Both the position numbers and the translations under genes were made by a program. The notes beneath the pieces are model-generated. The model did no database searches, was not told the origin of the DNA, and saw nothing but the letters and a program-made list of their open reading frames with translations. Shown here piece after piece: positions 10,657 through 20,741 of a stretch of 64,000 bases of DNA. How positions within the stretch are numbered: the first letter of the stretch is position 1; the number at the start of each line of letters is the position of its first letter. The DNA is taken from positions 96,001 through 160,000 of the forward strand of contig CAVVLO010000002.1 of NCBI GenBank assembly GCA_963749155.1, read 5' to 3'. This stretch comes from an uncultured Armatimonadia bacterium. GTDB lineage: Bacteria > Armatimonadota > Zipacnadia > CAVVLO01.

Positions 10657-11339
10657 CCGGCGCCTGGGCCTGAGAAGCAGGCAAGCAGTTCGTCGAAGCT
10701 CGAAACTAGCAACTCGGCGCCATAATCGCGAACTTGCTGCGCGCCGATGGGCCCCCAGGTTACGCCAACAGCCAGCACGCCAGCTGCTAGTGCCGATTGG
10801 ACATCTCCCCTGCTGTCACCCACCATCGCGACCTGCTCAGGACTCTTGTCCAGCCTGCGCAGAGCTTCCAGTATTGGCTCCGGATGAGGCTTGTGGCGCT
10901 GGGTTGAGGAGACATCCAGCACCACAGCCATCAGGCCTTGCAGCTTGTACTGCTCTAGCGCCCGGAGAGTGGTGTCTGGATTTTTGGAAGTAACTACCCC
11001 CAGCGTATAACCGCGCCGGCTCAACTCAGCCAATGCCTCCAGCGCGCCAGGATAGGCGGCCATATAGTCGTCATGGTATTGCATATAGAGACCGCGATAA
11101 CGAGTTACAAGTTGGTCTGTCAGGGCAGGATCCTGAGTATATTCCTGTACCTGGTCGCGTAAAGGCAGGCCAAACACTGCCCGGAAACTCTCGAGTGGCA
11201 ATTCGACCTGAAGCAGCTCTCTCAAGGCCTGATGGAAAGACCGGTAGATAAGCTCGAAGCTGTCGATAACTGTCCCATCGAGATCGAAGAGCAGCGTATC
11301 CACCGCGGCAAGCCTGGTTGTTCTAGAGGTAGCAGTCAC
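10653..11339 (-). CDS. HAD family hydrolase (PpaX/phosphoglycolate phosphatase-like)
   Basis: FDLDGTVIDS, VVTSK, KPHPEP, VGDSRGD. Confidence 0.9.
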   Translation of the reverse strand: MTATSRTTRLAAVDTLLFDLDGTVIDSFELIYRSFHQALRELLQVELPLESFRAVFGLPLRDQVQEYTQDPALTDQLVTRYRGLYMQYHDDYMAAYPGALEALAELSRRGYTLGVVTSKNPDTTLRALEQYKLQGLMAVVLDVSSTQRHKPHPEPILEALRRLDKSPEQVAMVGDSRGDVQSALAAGVLAVGVTWGPIGAQQVRDYGAELLVSSFDELLACFSGPGAG

Positions 11340-11995
11340 TTGCCGAGCTTCTCCAGCAGCTTGTGGGGCGCCTCGTCAAGCACCTGACGAACTTGCTCTC
11401 CAGTCAATCCTGCACCTCGAGCAATCCCATATTGAAGCTTCTCGTCCAGCAGATCGCCAGGCGCGTGGGAGTCCGAGTCCACCACAAGCAGTGCCCCTGT
11501 TGCCATACCCAAACGCGCCACGTGGCCGTTGGTCAGACAGTGACCGTTACGACGCGACAGTTCGAGTGCCACCTTGTTCCTGGCGGCCAAACGCGCATCG
11601 TCCTCGGCAAGCAGTCCGGGATGCGCCAGGATATCCACATCAGTCGAACTGACGGCGGCATGATTTGTGCCTTCCGGTACGGGCTCCACGATGGTCTCGC
11701 CGTGCACGACCACCAGGTCAGCGCCCAGGGCCTTGGCCTCGCGAGCCAGTTCCGGGATCGTTTCAGGCGGACAGTGAGTAAGCTCAACTCCAGTCAGCAC
11801 TACGATATCCCAGTACTTATTGGCATTTGCCGCATCAGCCCGTACTTCCTTGATTATTCGCTCGAGCGTACTCGGTCCAGCGTGATCGGTTATGCCCATA
11901 ACACAGCAGCCCTTCACTGCATACCGTCGGATGAGTTCCATCGGCAGCAGCACGCCATCGCTTAGGAAAGTATGAGTATGAAAATCGTAGAGCAT
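11336..11995 (-). CDS. PHP-domain phosphoesterase (histidinol-phosphatase-like)
   Basis: DFHTHTFLSDG, ITDH, GVELTH, VHGET, LAHPG, DSDSH. Confidence 0.88.
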   Translation of the reverse strand: MLYDFHTHTFLSDGVLLPMELIRRYAVKGCCVMGITDHAGPSTLERIIKEVRADAANANKYWDIVVLTGVELTHCPPETIPELAREAKALGADLVVVHGETIVEPVPEGTNHAAVSSTDVDILAHPGLLAEDDARLAARNKVALELSRRNGHCLTNGHVARLGMATGALLVVDSDSHAPGDLLDEKLQYGIARGAGLTGEQVRQVLDEAPHKLLEKLGK

Positions 11996-12158
11996 TGGCG
12001 CTCCCTCCGAGCCCAGGATGCCCCTATATTAGAGAGCCGGGACGCCTTCGGCAAGGTAGCCTCGTTGACCTTGGTGAAATCGCTATGTTATGGTGGACTG
12101 GCTGGGGGGAACAATCCCCAGTCTTTTCCCTTTATGGGAAGAAGCAGGAGGGAGTCAG

Positions 12159-13739
12159 ATGTCAGCAAAACGAGTAGCTCTGTTCGATACGACCTTGCGC
12201 GATGGGGCCCAGGCCGAGGGAGTCAATTTCTCTGTCCAGGACAAGCTGCATATTGCACAGCTACTCGATGAGTTCGGCATTGATTACATCGAAGGCGGTT
12301 GGCCGAACCCAACCAATCCCAAGGACACCGAATTTTTCGAGCGGGCGCGCAAAGAAATCAAGTTCAAGCATGCCAAACTGACAGTTTTTGGCAGCACCAG
12401 GCGCGCCAAGAATACTGCCGAAGAGGACGACAACCTGCGCTTCCTGCTTGCGGCGGAGACCCCCGCTGTTGCAATTTTCGGTAAAAGTTGGGATCTGCAC
12501 GTTGATCACGTCTTGCGTGTAAGCCATGACGAAAATCTTCGGATGATCGAAGATTCCTGCCGCTTTCTGGCCCAGTCGGGACGCGAGGTCATATTCGATG
12601 CCGAGCATTTCTTTGATGGATTCAAAGCCAATCCAGAATATGCGCTTGCCACTCTCGAAGCAGCCTATCAGGGTGGAGCCCATATGGTCTGCCTTTGCGA
12701 TACCAATGGCGGCACAATGCCCTTTGAGTGCGCGGCCATCTGCAAAGAGATAGCTGACAGGTCCAGTGGACTTTGGGGCATCCACGTCCACAATGATAGT
12801 GGCTGCGCTGTTGCCAATACCCTGATAGGGGTTGAGATGGGCGCCTCCCAGGTGCAGGGCACGACCAATGGTTGGGGTGAGCGTTGTGGCAATGCCGACT
12901 TAATGACTGTCATCCCCAACCTGCAGCTCAAGCTGGGGCTTGCCGAAGTTTCAGAAGACCAACTCAATCGTATCACCGAGTTGTCCCGTCAGGTTAGCGA
13001 GATAGCCAATCTTGCCCACAACGAACGCGCCCCCTATGTAGGCGCAAGTGCTTTCGCTCATAAAGGCGGAATGCATATCAATGGCGTCTCCAAGGTCAGT
13101 CGGAGTTTCGAGCACGTGCCGCCTGAGAGTGTTGGCAACACCAGGCGGATCCTGGTTTCCGACCAATCAGGCGCAACAACCCTTATCCTTAAGCTGCAGA
13201 GCCGTTATCCCGAACTGGACAAGAGCGACAAGAAGGTCAGTGAGTTGTTGAATTACCTGAAAGAGCTGGAGGCACTCGGTTACCAGTTCGAGTCCGCCGA
13301 GGCTACTTTCGAGCTACTGGCCACCAAAGCTCTGGAGGATTATGTCGCGCCTTTCAACGTGACAGGCTTCCGCGTATTCGTGGGAGAACAAGGGGGGCAG
13401 CGCAACATAGAGGCCTCTGTGAAGGTTGCCGTTGAGGGCACGGAATTCCACACCGCCGCCGAGGGCAACGGGCCTGTGCATGCGCTCGATACCGCTCTGC
13501 GCAAAGCCCTGCGCAACTTCTATCCCGAAATAGACGACATCGAACTGACAGACTATAAAGTACGGGTGCTCGAAGCCAAATCAGGCACCGCTACAATTGT
13601 CCGAGTGCTTGTAGAAAGCAAGGACAACGAGGGCACCTGGGGTACCGTAGGTGCCTCTACCGATATCATCGAGGCCAGCTACCAGGCTCTGGTAGACAGC
13701 CTGGAATATGGTTTGCTGAGGCACAGACAGCAAGCTTGA
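12159..13739 (+). CDS. cimA: Citramalate synthase (LeuA/CimA family)
   Basis: DTTLRDGAQAEG, EGGWP, FGKSWDLHV, DAEHFFDG, HVHND, C-terminal allosteric domain (GNGPVHAL, DYKVRVL); ATG 12159 with GGAGG RBS. Confidence 0.88.
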   Translation: MSAKRVALFDTTLRDGAQAEGVNFSVQDKLHIAQLLDEFGIDYIEGGWPNPTNPKDTEFFERARKEIKFKHAKLTVFGSTRRAKNTAEEDDNLRFLLAAETPAVAIFGKSWDLHVDHVLRVSHDENLRMIEDSCRFLAQSGREVIFDAEHFFDGFKANPEYALATLEAAYQGGAHMVCLCDTNGGTMPFECAAICKEIADRSSGLWGIHVHNDSGCAVANTLIGVEMGASQVQGTTNGWGERCGNADLMTVIPNLQLKLGLAEVSEDQLNRITELSRQVSEIANLAHNERAPYVGASAFAHKGGMHINGVSKVSRSFEHVPPESVGNTRRILVSDQSGATTLILKLQSRYPELDKSDKKVSELLNYLKELEALGYQFESAEATFELLATKALEDYVAPFNVTGFRVFVGEQGGQRNIEASVKVAVEGTEFHTAAEGNGPVHALDTALRKALRNFYPEIDDIELTDYKVRVLEAKSGTATIVRVLVESKDNEGTWGTVGASTDIIEASYQALVDSLEYGLLRHRQQA

Positions 13740-13747
13740 GGCAGGCA

Positions 13748-15427
13748 CTAAACTTCGACTACGTGCGGCAGGATGACGGGCCTTCGGCCCGTCGTCTGCG
13801 TCAAGAAGCGTCTCGCAGTCTCAACAAGGCGACTCTGGAGTGTTGTGCTGGAGTAATTCTTACCTGCCACATCACGCGCAATCTGAGACAGGTTAACGGA
13901 CAACTCGGTAAGCAGGGCACTGGCGCGTGCTTCATCGGCACTGAAGCCCTTCCCCGTTACGGCAACCTCGACAAGGGGATCGCCAGTTTGCCCGTCAACA
14001 ACTGCCGAGATAATAATCACTCCCTCTTCAGCCAGGGCAAGGCGTTCGCGGAACAGGCTTCTATTCCAGGCGGTTATCTCGAGCCCATCCACCAGCAGCG
14101 ATCGGGCCTCGATTTCCTCGCCGAAGCGGACTAGCCCATCCTCCAGCTCCAGGACCTGGCCTGGGCGGACTACCATCACTTCTTCTGGCAAGAAGCCAAG
14201 CTCATCAACGGCCATCTCTTTAAAGAGATAGCTATGGCGTGGTTCTCCATGGATTGGTACAGCATAATTCGGCTTCGCCAGAGAACACATCAGCTTGATA
14301 CCCTCGCGCGCGGCATGACCTGACACATGGACACTGGCCAACCTATCGTACAAGACTCTCGCCCCTGCGCGGAAAAGTGAATTGATGACCTTGTAGACCA
14401 GCGCCTCGTTGCCTGGGATTGGCGAAGCCGACAGGACGACGGTATCGCCTTCCTGGATTTGGACATCAGAGTGCCGCCCAGCCGCCATCAAAGACAAACC
14501 GCTCATCGGTTCGCCCTGAGAGCCAGTACTCATTATTAGCACTTCTTCTGACGGCAAAAAACTGAGTTCTTCGCGGCTGATGAGATGATGCTCGGGCAGT
14601 TCGATAAGCCCAAGTCTTAGGGCCACTCGGACGTTCTTCTCCATACTATAGCCGCAAAGGAAAGTGCGTCGGCCACTTTCAACCGCCAGGCGCATAGTCT
14701 CGCCAATGCGATGCAGGTTGCTTGCGAAAGTTGCGACAATCACCCGGCCTGGCGCTTCTTCGATAATGCCCTTGAGCGTCTTCACCACTAGCTGCTCAGA
14801 GGGAGTGTAGCCAGGTTTTTCTACCCCGGTTACATCCACCATCAACAGGTCGACGCCTTCCTCGCCGGCTTGTGTGAGCCCCGCAAAGTCGGTCATATAG
14901 CTGCTTATAGGTGTTGGATCAAACTTGAAGTCGCCCGTATGCAGCACTCGGGCCGCAGGAGTCTCGATGACCAGCGCAAGCCCATCGGGGATGCTATGAC
15001 TAACCCTCAGGCACTGCACCTGGAAGGGGCCAAGTTCGAGCTTTGCCGGTGGTTCGACAGGATAAGAGTTGTAGTTTTCGAGCCCGGCCTCTTCCAGTTT
15101 TGCGGCAAGTAAGGCGAGGGTAAGCTCAGTGCCATAGATCTCGGCATGTTCCAACCGTTGCAGAAGATAGGCCACCGCTCCAATATGGTCCTCATGCCCA
15201 TGCGTCAGCACAACGGCCACCAGGTCTTCCTGGCGAGCGGTAACCAGGTCGAAGTCGGGTATGACGATATCTATCCCCAGCATATCCTGCTCCGGGAACT
15301 TCAACCCGCAATCAACCATCATCAGCTTCCCGTCATACTCATACAGGAAGCAGTTTTTGCCTATCTCCGCGGCTCCACCCAGTGGAGTTACACGCAAAGG
15401 ATTGTTGAAACCTGCCTGCTCGGTCAC
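13748..15427 (-). CDS. rnj: Ribonuclease J
   Basis: PLGGAAEIGKN, THGHEDHIGA, HSIPD, TGDFK, TGSQGEP, HVSGHA, PIHGE. Confidence 0.95.
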   Translation of the reverse strand: MTEQAGFNNPLRVTPLGGAAEIGKNCFLYEYDGKLMMVDCGLKFPEQDMLGIDIVIPDFDLVTARQEDLVAVVLTHGHEDHIGAVAYLLQRLEHAEIYGTELTLALLAAKLEEAGLENYNSYPVEPPAKLELGPFQVQCLRVSHSIPDGLALVIETPAARVLHTGDFKFDPTPISSYMTDFAGLTQAGEEGVDLLMVDVTGVEKPGYTPSEQLVVKTLKGIIEEAPGRVIVATFASNLHRIGETMRLAVESGRRTFLCGYSMEKNVRVALRLGLIELPEHHLISREELSFLPSEEVLIMSTGSQGEPMSGLSLMAAGRHSDVQIQEGDTVVLSASPIPGNEALVYKVINSLFRAGARVLYDRLASVHVSGHAAREGIKLMCSLAKPNYAVPIHGEPRHSYLFKEMAVDELGFLPEEVMVVRPGQVLELEDGLVRFGEEIEARSLLVDGLEITAWNRSLFRERLALAEEGVIIISAVVDGQTGDPLVEVAVTGKGFSADEARASALLTELSVNLSQIARDVAGKNYSSTTLQSRLVETARRFLTQTTGRRPVILPHVVEV

Positions 15428-15442
15428 CCTGTCACTTCCCAG

Positions 15443-17620
15443 TTAGTTTGCCAACTTTACCAGAACGCGAAGCCGCGCCTGAGTGTAACTTGAAGCATTG
15501 CGCGCGAAAGTCCAATCACGAGTCTCGCCAGTACTATTGCCAATTCCAATATCAGATGAGGAGCCGGAGCGCCAACTGTTGAAGGCCCATACAACCTGTC
15601 CCGCCTGGTAGTTGCCTACCTGCATCGAGCCATAGCCCTCGGCCGGATCACCGTATTGATCGCCAAAGTCCCAAAGCGAAGCTGACGCGTTCGGCACGTT
15701 GGCGGCATTGGGTTGGCCATAGTTGTGTGGCCAGAACTCGAGATTGCCACCCAATCCGGTGCCGTTTTGCACGCCAGTAACGTTGCTTATTACTTCAAGG
15801 TCCTCGACCAGCTGTTGAAAGACAGCGCCCGAAGCTACAGTTGGCACACCGATAAGCCTGGGATCCTGGGTAAAAGCCTTCATCGAAGTCCAGGCATACT
15901 GAACCGGGAGTTTATCCTGCTTCAACTCGAGGAAATAGGCTACCCGGTCGATTGGCCCTTTGATACTGGCGGAGTTATCCACATCATAGTTGATCTGACC
16001 GTTCAGTCCTGTCAGGTTGAGATCATATACAAGCTGGTACTCGCTCTGCTGCGGTACTTTCAGAGCGAGATAATCAATTTTCGGCACTTCACCAGCGCGG
16101 AACTGTAAAGCCGGGAAGCCCTCGACATTGGAGAGATTTGGCTCTGCGATCTTGTTCCAGCCGAAACGCACCGCGGTAGGTGCTGTGACCTCGGGAGCGG
16201 ACAATACAACCGAGTCGCCTTCGATGACGGCCTTGGCTACAGTCCAGTCAGTGCCTGGACCGATTATCTCAAACCAACTGAGAGGCTTGCCATCGCGCGA
16301 CACCAGCCCGCTGCCCGTGTCAGTGAAGCGGACGCGCAGCTCGTTGCCCTCCAGCTCCAGCGCGCTGAACCTGGGGCCACGACATACGAGCCCGGCCTGG
16401 CCGTAGTCGTTGGCCAGCGCCAAAGCTGCCATCCGCTTTCCTACGACCTGCTTATTGGTTGGATGGATGTCATCAATATTGCCTACGTCATAGCACAGCA
16501 CCTGACCAGTGCCTGAGATAGTCCGTTCGATGGCCGCCTGAGCTTCCCAGAACTCGGGCAAGATATTGGGGTTCTCTTCGCCATATCGGTATGGGGCAAT
16601 CTGGACATAGTAGTAAGTCAGATTGGGCAAGCCCCACTTGGCGCGCCAGCCCTCGATAAGAGCCTTCGTCTTATCTACATAGAGCATCCCCTCTCCGTGG
16701 TTGGACTCGCCCTGATACCAGAGAGAGCCGCGCATCGCATAGGGGACAAGCGGATTCAGCATTGCGTTGTAAAGGGTCGTTGGCGCAGTCCACTCGGTTA
16801 AGGGAAGCAAGTCGGCAGGATAAGCTGGAGCAGCCGCCAGCACGGTTTCATCGGCGCGCGCCGCGCGGGCTGTGACAAGCCACTCGTCAAGCTGGGCCAG
16901 GTAGGCGTCCAGGCGAGTCTTGTAAGCCGACGATGAAGGGTGGGTCAGCCTGACGCGATCCTGTATGCCAGTCAAGGTTGGGATGCCCTGGTAGCCCTCA
17001 AAAGGCACCCAGGGATCAATCGCCGAGCCACCCCAGGAGCTATTGAGCAAACCAATTGGTACTCCCAGCTCCTCCTCCAGATTGACAGCAAAGAAATAGC
17101 CTACGGCCGTCCAGCCGCCAACTGTATTTGGCGCGGATACCTGCCAGGTAGCTTCCACATCCTCCTGCGGGAAACCAGCAGTCACATGCGGTATTTTTAT
17201 TTGCCTGATGTTGGGCCTGTCCGCTGCAGCCAGTTCCTGCGCAGCGTTTACGACTCCCCCAACCGACCATTCCATATTTGACTGACCCGAACACAGCCAC
17301 ACTTCACCGAAAACCACATCGGTGAAGACGATCTGGTTGGCTCCTGTCACGGTCAGAGTGCGCGCCGGACCAGCTTCATGCGCCGGCAACTTGACCTGCC
17401 ACTTGCCCGCGGCATCGGCGGTAGTCACAACCGCTTGTTCTCCATCGAGCTGCACAGACACCTGCTCGCCAGGCGCAGCCCAGCCCCACACGGGCACGGG
17501 CAGCTGACGTTGCAAGACCATATGGTCACCGAAGACATGCGGCAGGCGCACATCGGCGCTTACCCAGGCAGCAAGCAGTATTACCAGCATTACCAAAGTT
17601 AGAGCCAATAACGTTCTCAT
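15443..17620 (-). CDS. Secreted sialate O-acetylesterase-family (SGNH) esterase with extra C-terminal domain
   Basis: Signal peptide from ATG 17620; HMVLQR, GEVWLCSGQSNME, WYQGESN, DIHPTNK. Confidence 0.88.
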   Translation of the reverse strand: MRTLLALTLVMLVILLAAWVSADVRLPHVFGDHMVLQRQLPVPVWGWAAPGEQVSVQLDGEQAVVTTADAAGKWQVKLPAHEAGPARTLTVTGANQIVFTDVVFGEVWLCSGQSNMEWSVGGVVNAAQELAAADRPNIRQIKIPHVTAGFPQEDVEATWQVSAPNTVGGWTAVGYFFAVNLEEELGVPIGLLNSSWGGSAIDPWVPFEGYQGIPTLTGIQDRVRLTHPSSSAYKTRLDAYLAQLDEWLVTARAARADETVLAAAPAYPADLLPLTEWTAPTTLYNAMLNPLVPYAMRGSLWYQGESNHGEGMLYVDKTKALIEGWRAKWGLPNLTYYYVQIAPYRYGEENPNILPEFWEAQAAIERTISGTGQVLCYDVGNIDDIHPTNKQVVGKRMAALALANDYGQAGLVCRGPRFSALELEGNELRVRFTDTGSGLVSRDGKPLSWFEIIGPGTDWTVAKAVIEGDSVVLSAPEVTAPTAVRFGWNKIAEPNLSNVEGFPALQFRAGEVPKIDYLALKVPQQSEYQLVYDLNLTGLNGQINYDVDNSASIKGPIDRVAYFLELKQDKLPVQYAWTSMKAFTQDPRLIGVPTVASGAVFQQLVEDLEVISNVTGVQNGTGLGGNLEFWPHNYGQPNAANVPNASASLWDFGDQYGDPAEGYGSMQVGNYQAGQVVWAFNSWRSGSSSDIGIGNSTGETRDWTFARNASSYTQARLRVLVKLAN

Positions 17621-17654
17621 TACACGAGTGCCTCCAGAACTGGGGTAGTTGGGC

Positions 17655-19027
17655 TCACACAGTATACCAAGCGCCGTTGAAGCTGGTGCGCTTTTCACTA
17701 TAATCAGGCAGTGGTCCTCCTGCATCTTCTATCAATTTGGCGAATAAGTCCGCTACTACCTCGGGGTGGCTGGCCGAACACTCACTGCGCCAATCAGGAT
17801 CGTTCTCCAAATCCCACAGCCGGGCATCCTGGCCATCTCCGCGGATTATACAAGCCCACTTGCGGGTGCGTATCTTGCAGTAATCATTGAAGGCCGTCGT
17901 AATATGATCGCGGCCTGTCGGCGCGCCTTCGGCCACTTGCCAGAGGTCAACACCGTCCACAGGAACTGGCGGCTCTATTCCCGCAAGCCCATAAACGGTC
18001 GATGGGAGATCGTGATTATATACGAAATCCTCCACTCGCTGGCCCGCGCGCGCTCCCTGAGGATGCCGCAGCAGCAAGGGGATGTCCACCAACTCGGGCC
18101 ACAGCTCGCGTGGCACCTTGCCGATGATGTCATGCTCCCCCAGGGCATGACCGTGGTCGGAAACCAGGCAAACAAAAGTGTCTTCGGCCAGGCCAAGCTC
18201 GTTGAGCTTGTTCAGGAAATGCCCGACCCACTTGTCCACCAGCGTCACTTCGCCCGCGTAGAGGGCGCGCATATGCTTCAGTTCGGCATCGTTGACATAG
18301 CTGCGCTGCCCGTACATTGGAGTGATGAACTCTTTGCCCTCGTAGCCCGGGTCATAGAGATCAACATACCAGGCGGGCGGATCCCAGGGCTCATGCGGGT
18401 CGAACGAATCTATCACCATATAGAACGGGCCGCTCTCGCGCAGCCCTTCCAGCACTTCCATCCCCGCCTGGAAGACACGCGGCGCCAGATAATCCTCTTC
18501 CCTTTGCCGCCAGCTCATATTGGCCAGATACTGCAAAAGCAGGTCGTGGACGCCGGTGCTGCCGAAGGGCTTCTGGACATAGCGCTCCAAATCTTCGGCG
18601 CGCGCCCGACTCTTGGGCAGCCACCTGTCCCTCTCTTGCCCGCGGATCCACTGGAAGATATCGAAGCCGCGCGCATAGTTGCGCGAGGGTTTGAACTGGT
18701 GGTAGGTGTCGGTCACGAAGGCCGTCGCATACCCCGCCTGCCGCATCACTTCGGCGACGGTGTATTGTTCCTCTGGGATACGCTGCCAGCCCTGGATTAG
18801 CACATTGTCGCCTTTCTCGGGCTCCCAGTTGCGGAAGGGAAGGTCCGATGGCCCGTGTGCAGCGCGCGCCTGACGGGCAGCGTGGGCAGGCTCTCGGGGA
18901 AGGCCGACTCGAAGATAACACTCTGACCCGCCAGCGCATCGAGGTTCGGCGTGTGGATCCACTCATTCCCGTGGAACCCGCAATGGTCACGCCTCAGACT
19001 GTCCAGGATGATGAGGACGAAGTTCAT
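17655..19027 (-). CDS. Sulfatase-like hydrolase (alkaline phosphatase superfamily), frameshift near 18837
   Basis: MNFVLIILDSLRRDH...TPNLDALA...TLPVRRALHTG in one frame, joined to FDPHEPW, YAGEVTLVD, SDHG in the other. Confidence 0.85.
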
Positions 19028-19029
19028 TA

Positions 19030-20066
19030 TCACTTCTCCTTCGGGGCGGTAAGCTCGATAAGGACGTCGTTTGGATCAAGACCAAGTTCTTTAGCACAGC
19101 CCTGGCCATCGCAACACATGAATGAGCACTCAGGTTAGTTTCTGCCCAGATATCAGTGCCGGGTACCTGTCGGGGCTCAAGAGTAATCTCTTCTGGTGAA
19201 AGGGCGAGAAGTAACGACGTTTCCTGCCCTGCATCGAAAGGACCTTTTGTTTTCCACCAGGCACACGAGCTAACGCTTGTCCGACCGTATTCAACAGCAC
19301 ATCCTTCCAAGTCGTAACTTCAGTGCTTGTTGCCGAATAGCGTGAAAGCTGCAATTCGATTCCTCTGCAGCTGAGATGTCGACGGTGTCGGCGGTGGCGG
19401 TGGTGGTGGTGGCGGCGGTGGCGGATCGACAATCGGACCAATCTGCTTCTTCAGGAAGTCTCTTACGAAAACTGCTTTTGGATTCTCTCCTAGGAAGAGA
19501 CGGGCTACAGCAGATAATGAGCTTATAAGGCTGTCGGTAGGATCGCAAAGTAGTTTCTCCCAGGCCTGCTGCAGACCCTTTTCAGCGAAGAGTCGTTCCG
19601 CAGCCTCAATGAATCGACTAGAGGCAACTTCGCCCCGAGAGAGCAGCGGGTGCAACTGCTCTGCCGCTTCGAAGGCGGCAAGGTCCACCTGGAGGAATAG
19701 CCGCTTTTCCCAAGGCACCTGCTTCATGGGCAGGTAGAACCACCATTCAAAGCCATTGGTGAGCACAGCCAGGTGCGCACCTCGGCCAAAGCAATATTTC
19801 AGTAACTGATCCTGGTGGCCTTCGAGTTTCTCGCCTGCTTTCTTGGCCTCGATAAACACTTGCTCGTGATCGCCAATTACCAGGCAAAGATCCACGTTCC
19901 CGCCGCTTGCAACCGTCTCGGGCACAACCTCGTCTGGGTCAAAGGGATCCCATCCAAGCGCCTGTAAAACTGGGATAATCAAACCCATCTTGGTTGCTTC
20001 TTCACTCTTGAAGGCGCTCTTTGGCTTCTCGGCCAACTGCTGTAGCTTCTCTTTGAGCTTGTCCAT
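19030..20066 (-). CDS. HsdR N-terminal-type restriction nuclease domain plus poly-Pro linker plus SeqA-like C-terminal domain (three frameshifts near 19322, 19200, 19090)
   Basis: EEATKMGLIIPVLQALGWD, VDL...FIEAK, Q-L-x-x-Y, LTNGFEW; the reconstructed tail has GRKRRYFS...EPRQVPGTDIWAETNLS and stops at 19030, 2 nt before the sulfatase ATG. Confidence 0.7.
19385..19424 (-). repeat. CCN codon run encoding a poly-proline linker
   Basis: GGCGGTGGCGGTGGTGGTGGTGGCGGCGGTGGCGG on + strand; encodes a run of about 11 Pro. Confidence 0.85.
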
Positions 20067-20166
20067 AGAGTCTCCCTCTGCATCAACCAGTGAGAAGAAA
20101 TCGAGGTGTGCAAGTGCCTGTAAAGTATATTTTCGCCGGCCTGCCCTAAGCCCTTCTGGCCTTCAG

Positions 20167-20175
20167 TGCTATAAT
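20167..20175 (+). promoter_or_regulatory. Extended -10 promoter element (TGcTATAAT)
   Basis: Perfect TGnTATAAT about 30 nt upstream of the GGAGG RBS/ATG at 20207. Confidence 0.55.
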
Positions 20176-20206
20176 CTTTATATACGCGCACGCGGAGGCG
20201 AGGGCT

Positions 20207-20680
20207 ATGGAGCTCCGAGACCAGGTGATCACCAAACTTGTGATGCACGAACTGGCCGATGAGACGGTGAAAGCGGTCGATGGCACCCTCATCGTTGAAG
20301 CCGGAGAAGTTATAACCGAGGCCCACCTGCGTCTTGCTCGCGCCCACAAGGCCGAGGCTCGCCTGCTGCGTAGCGCCTGCAGGCGCAAGTGGCGCGTGAA
20401 CCGTTATGACTTCCTGCTTCAGGCCCGGGGCCTGGCTGGCAAACTCAAGCGTTGTGGGACCGACGCCGCCGGCTGTATGCGCGACTTCTCGGATACCCAT
20501 AAGCTCAATTATGTCATCGGGCAGGAAAGCGCCGTTGCCCTCCACGACAGCCAGAACAACCTGCTGATAGCCCCAGGTGAGTTGATAACCGAAACCAAAG
20601 CCAGACTGACTCAGCAGGCGGGCAAGCTGGAGGAATTATTCCTGGCCCAGCAGCACCGTATGGCCCAACTCGACTCCTGA
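20207..20680 (+). CDS. Hypothetical protein with two copies of an approximately 40 aa motif
   Basis: DGTLIVEAGEVITEAHLRLARAHKAEARL vs NNLLIAPGELITETKARLTQQAGKLEEL; GGAGG RBS. Confidence 0.6.
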   Translation: MELRDQVITKLVMHELADETVKAVDGTLIVEAGEVITEAHLRLARAHKAEARLLRSACRRKWRVNRYDFLLQARGLAGKLKRCGTDAAGCMRDFSDTHKLNYVIGQESAVALHDSQNNLLIAPGELITETKARLTQQAGKLEELFLAQQHRMAQLDS

Positions 20681-20741
20681 GCTGGCAGGAATTTGCCCCT
20701 GATGCGCCAACTGACCTCCACCACTCCCTCGGAGGTCAGTT

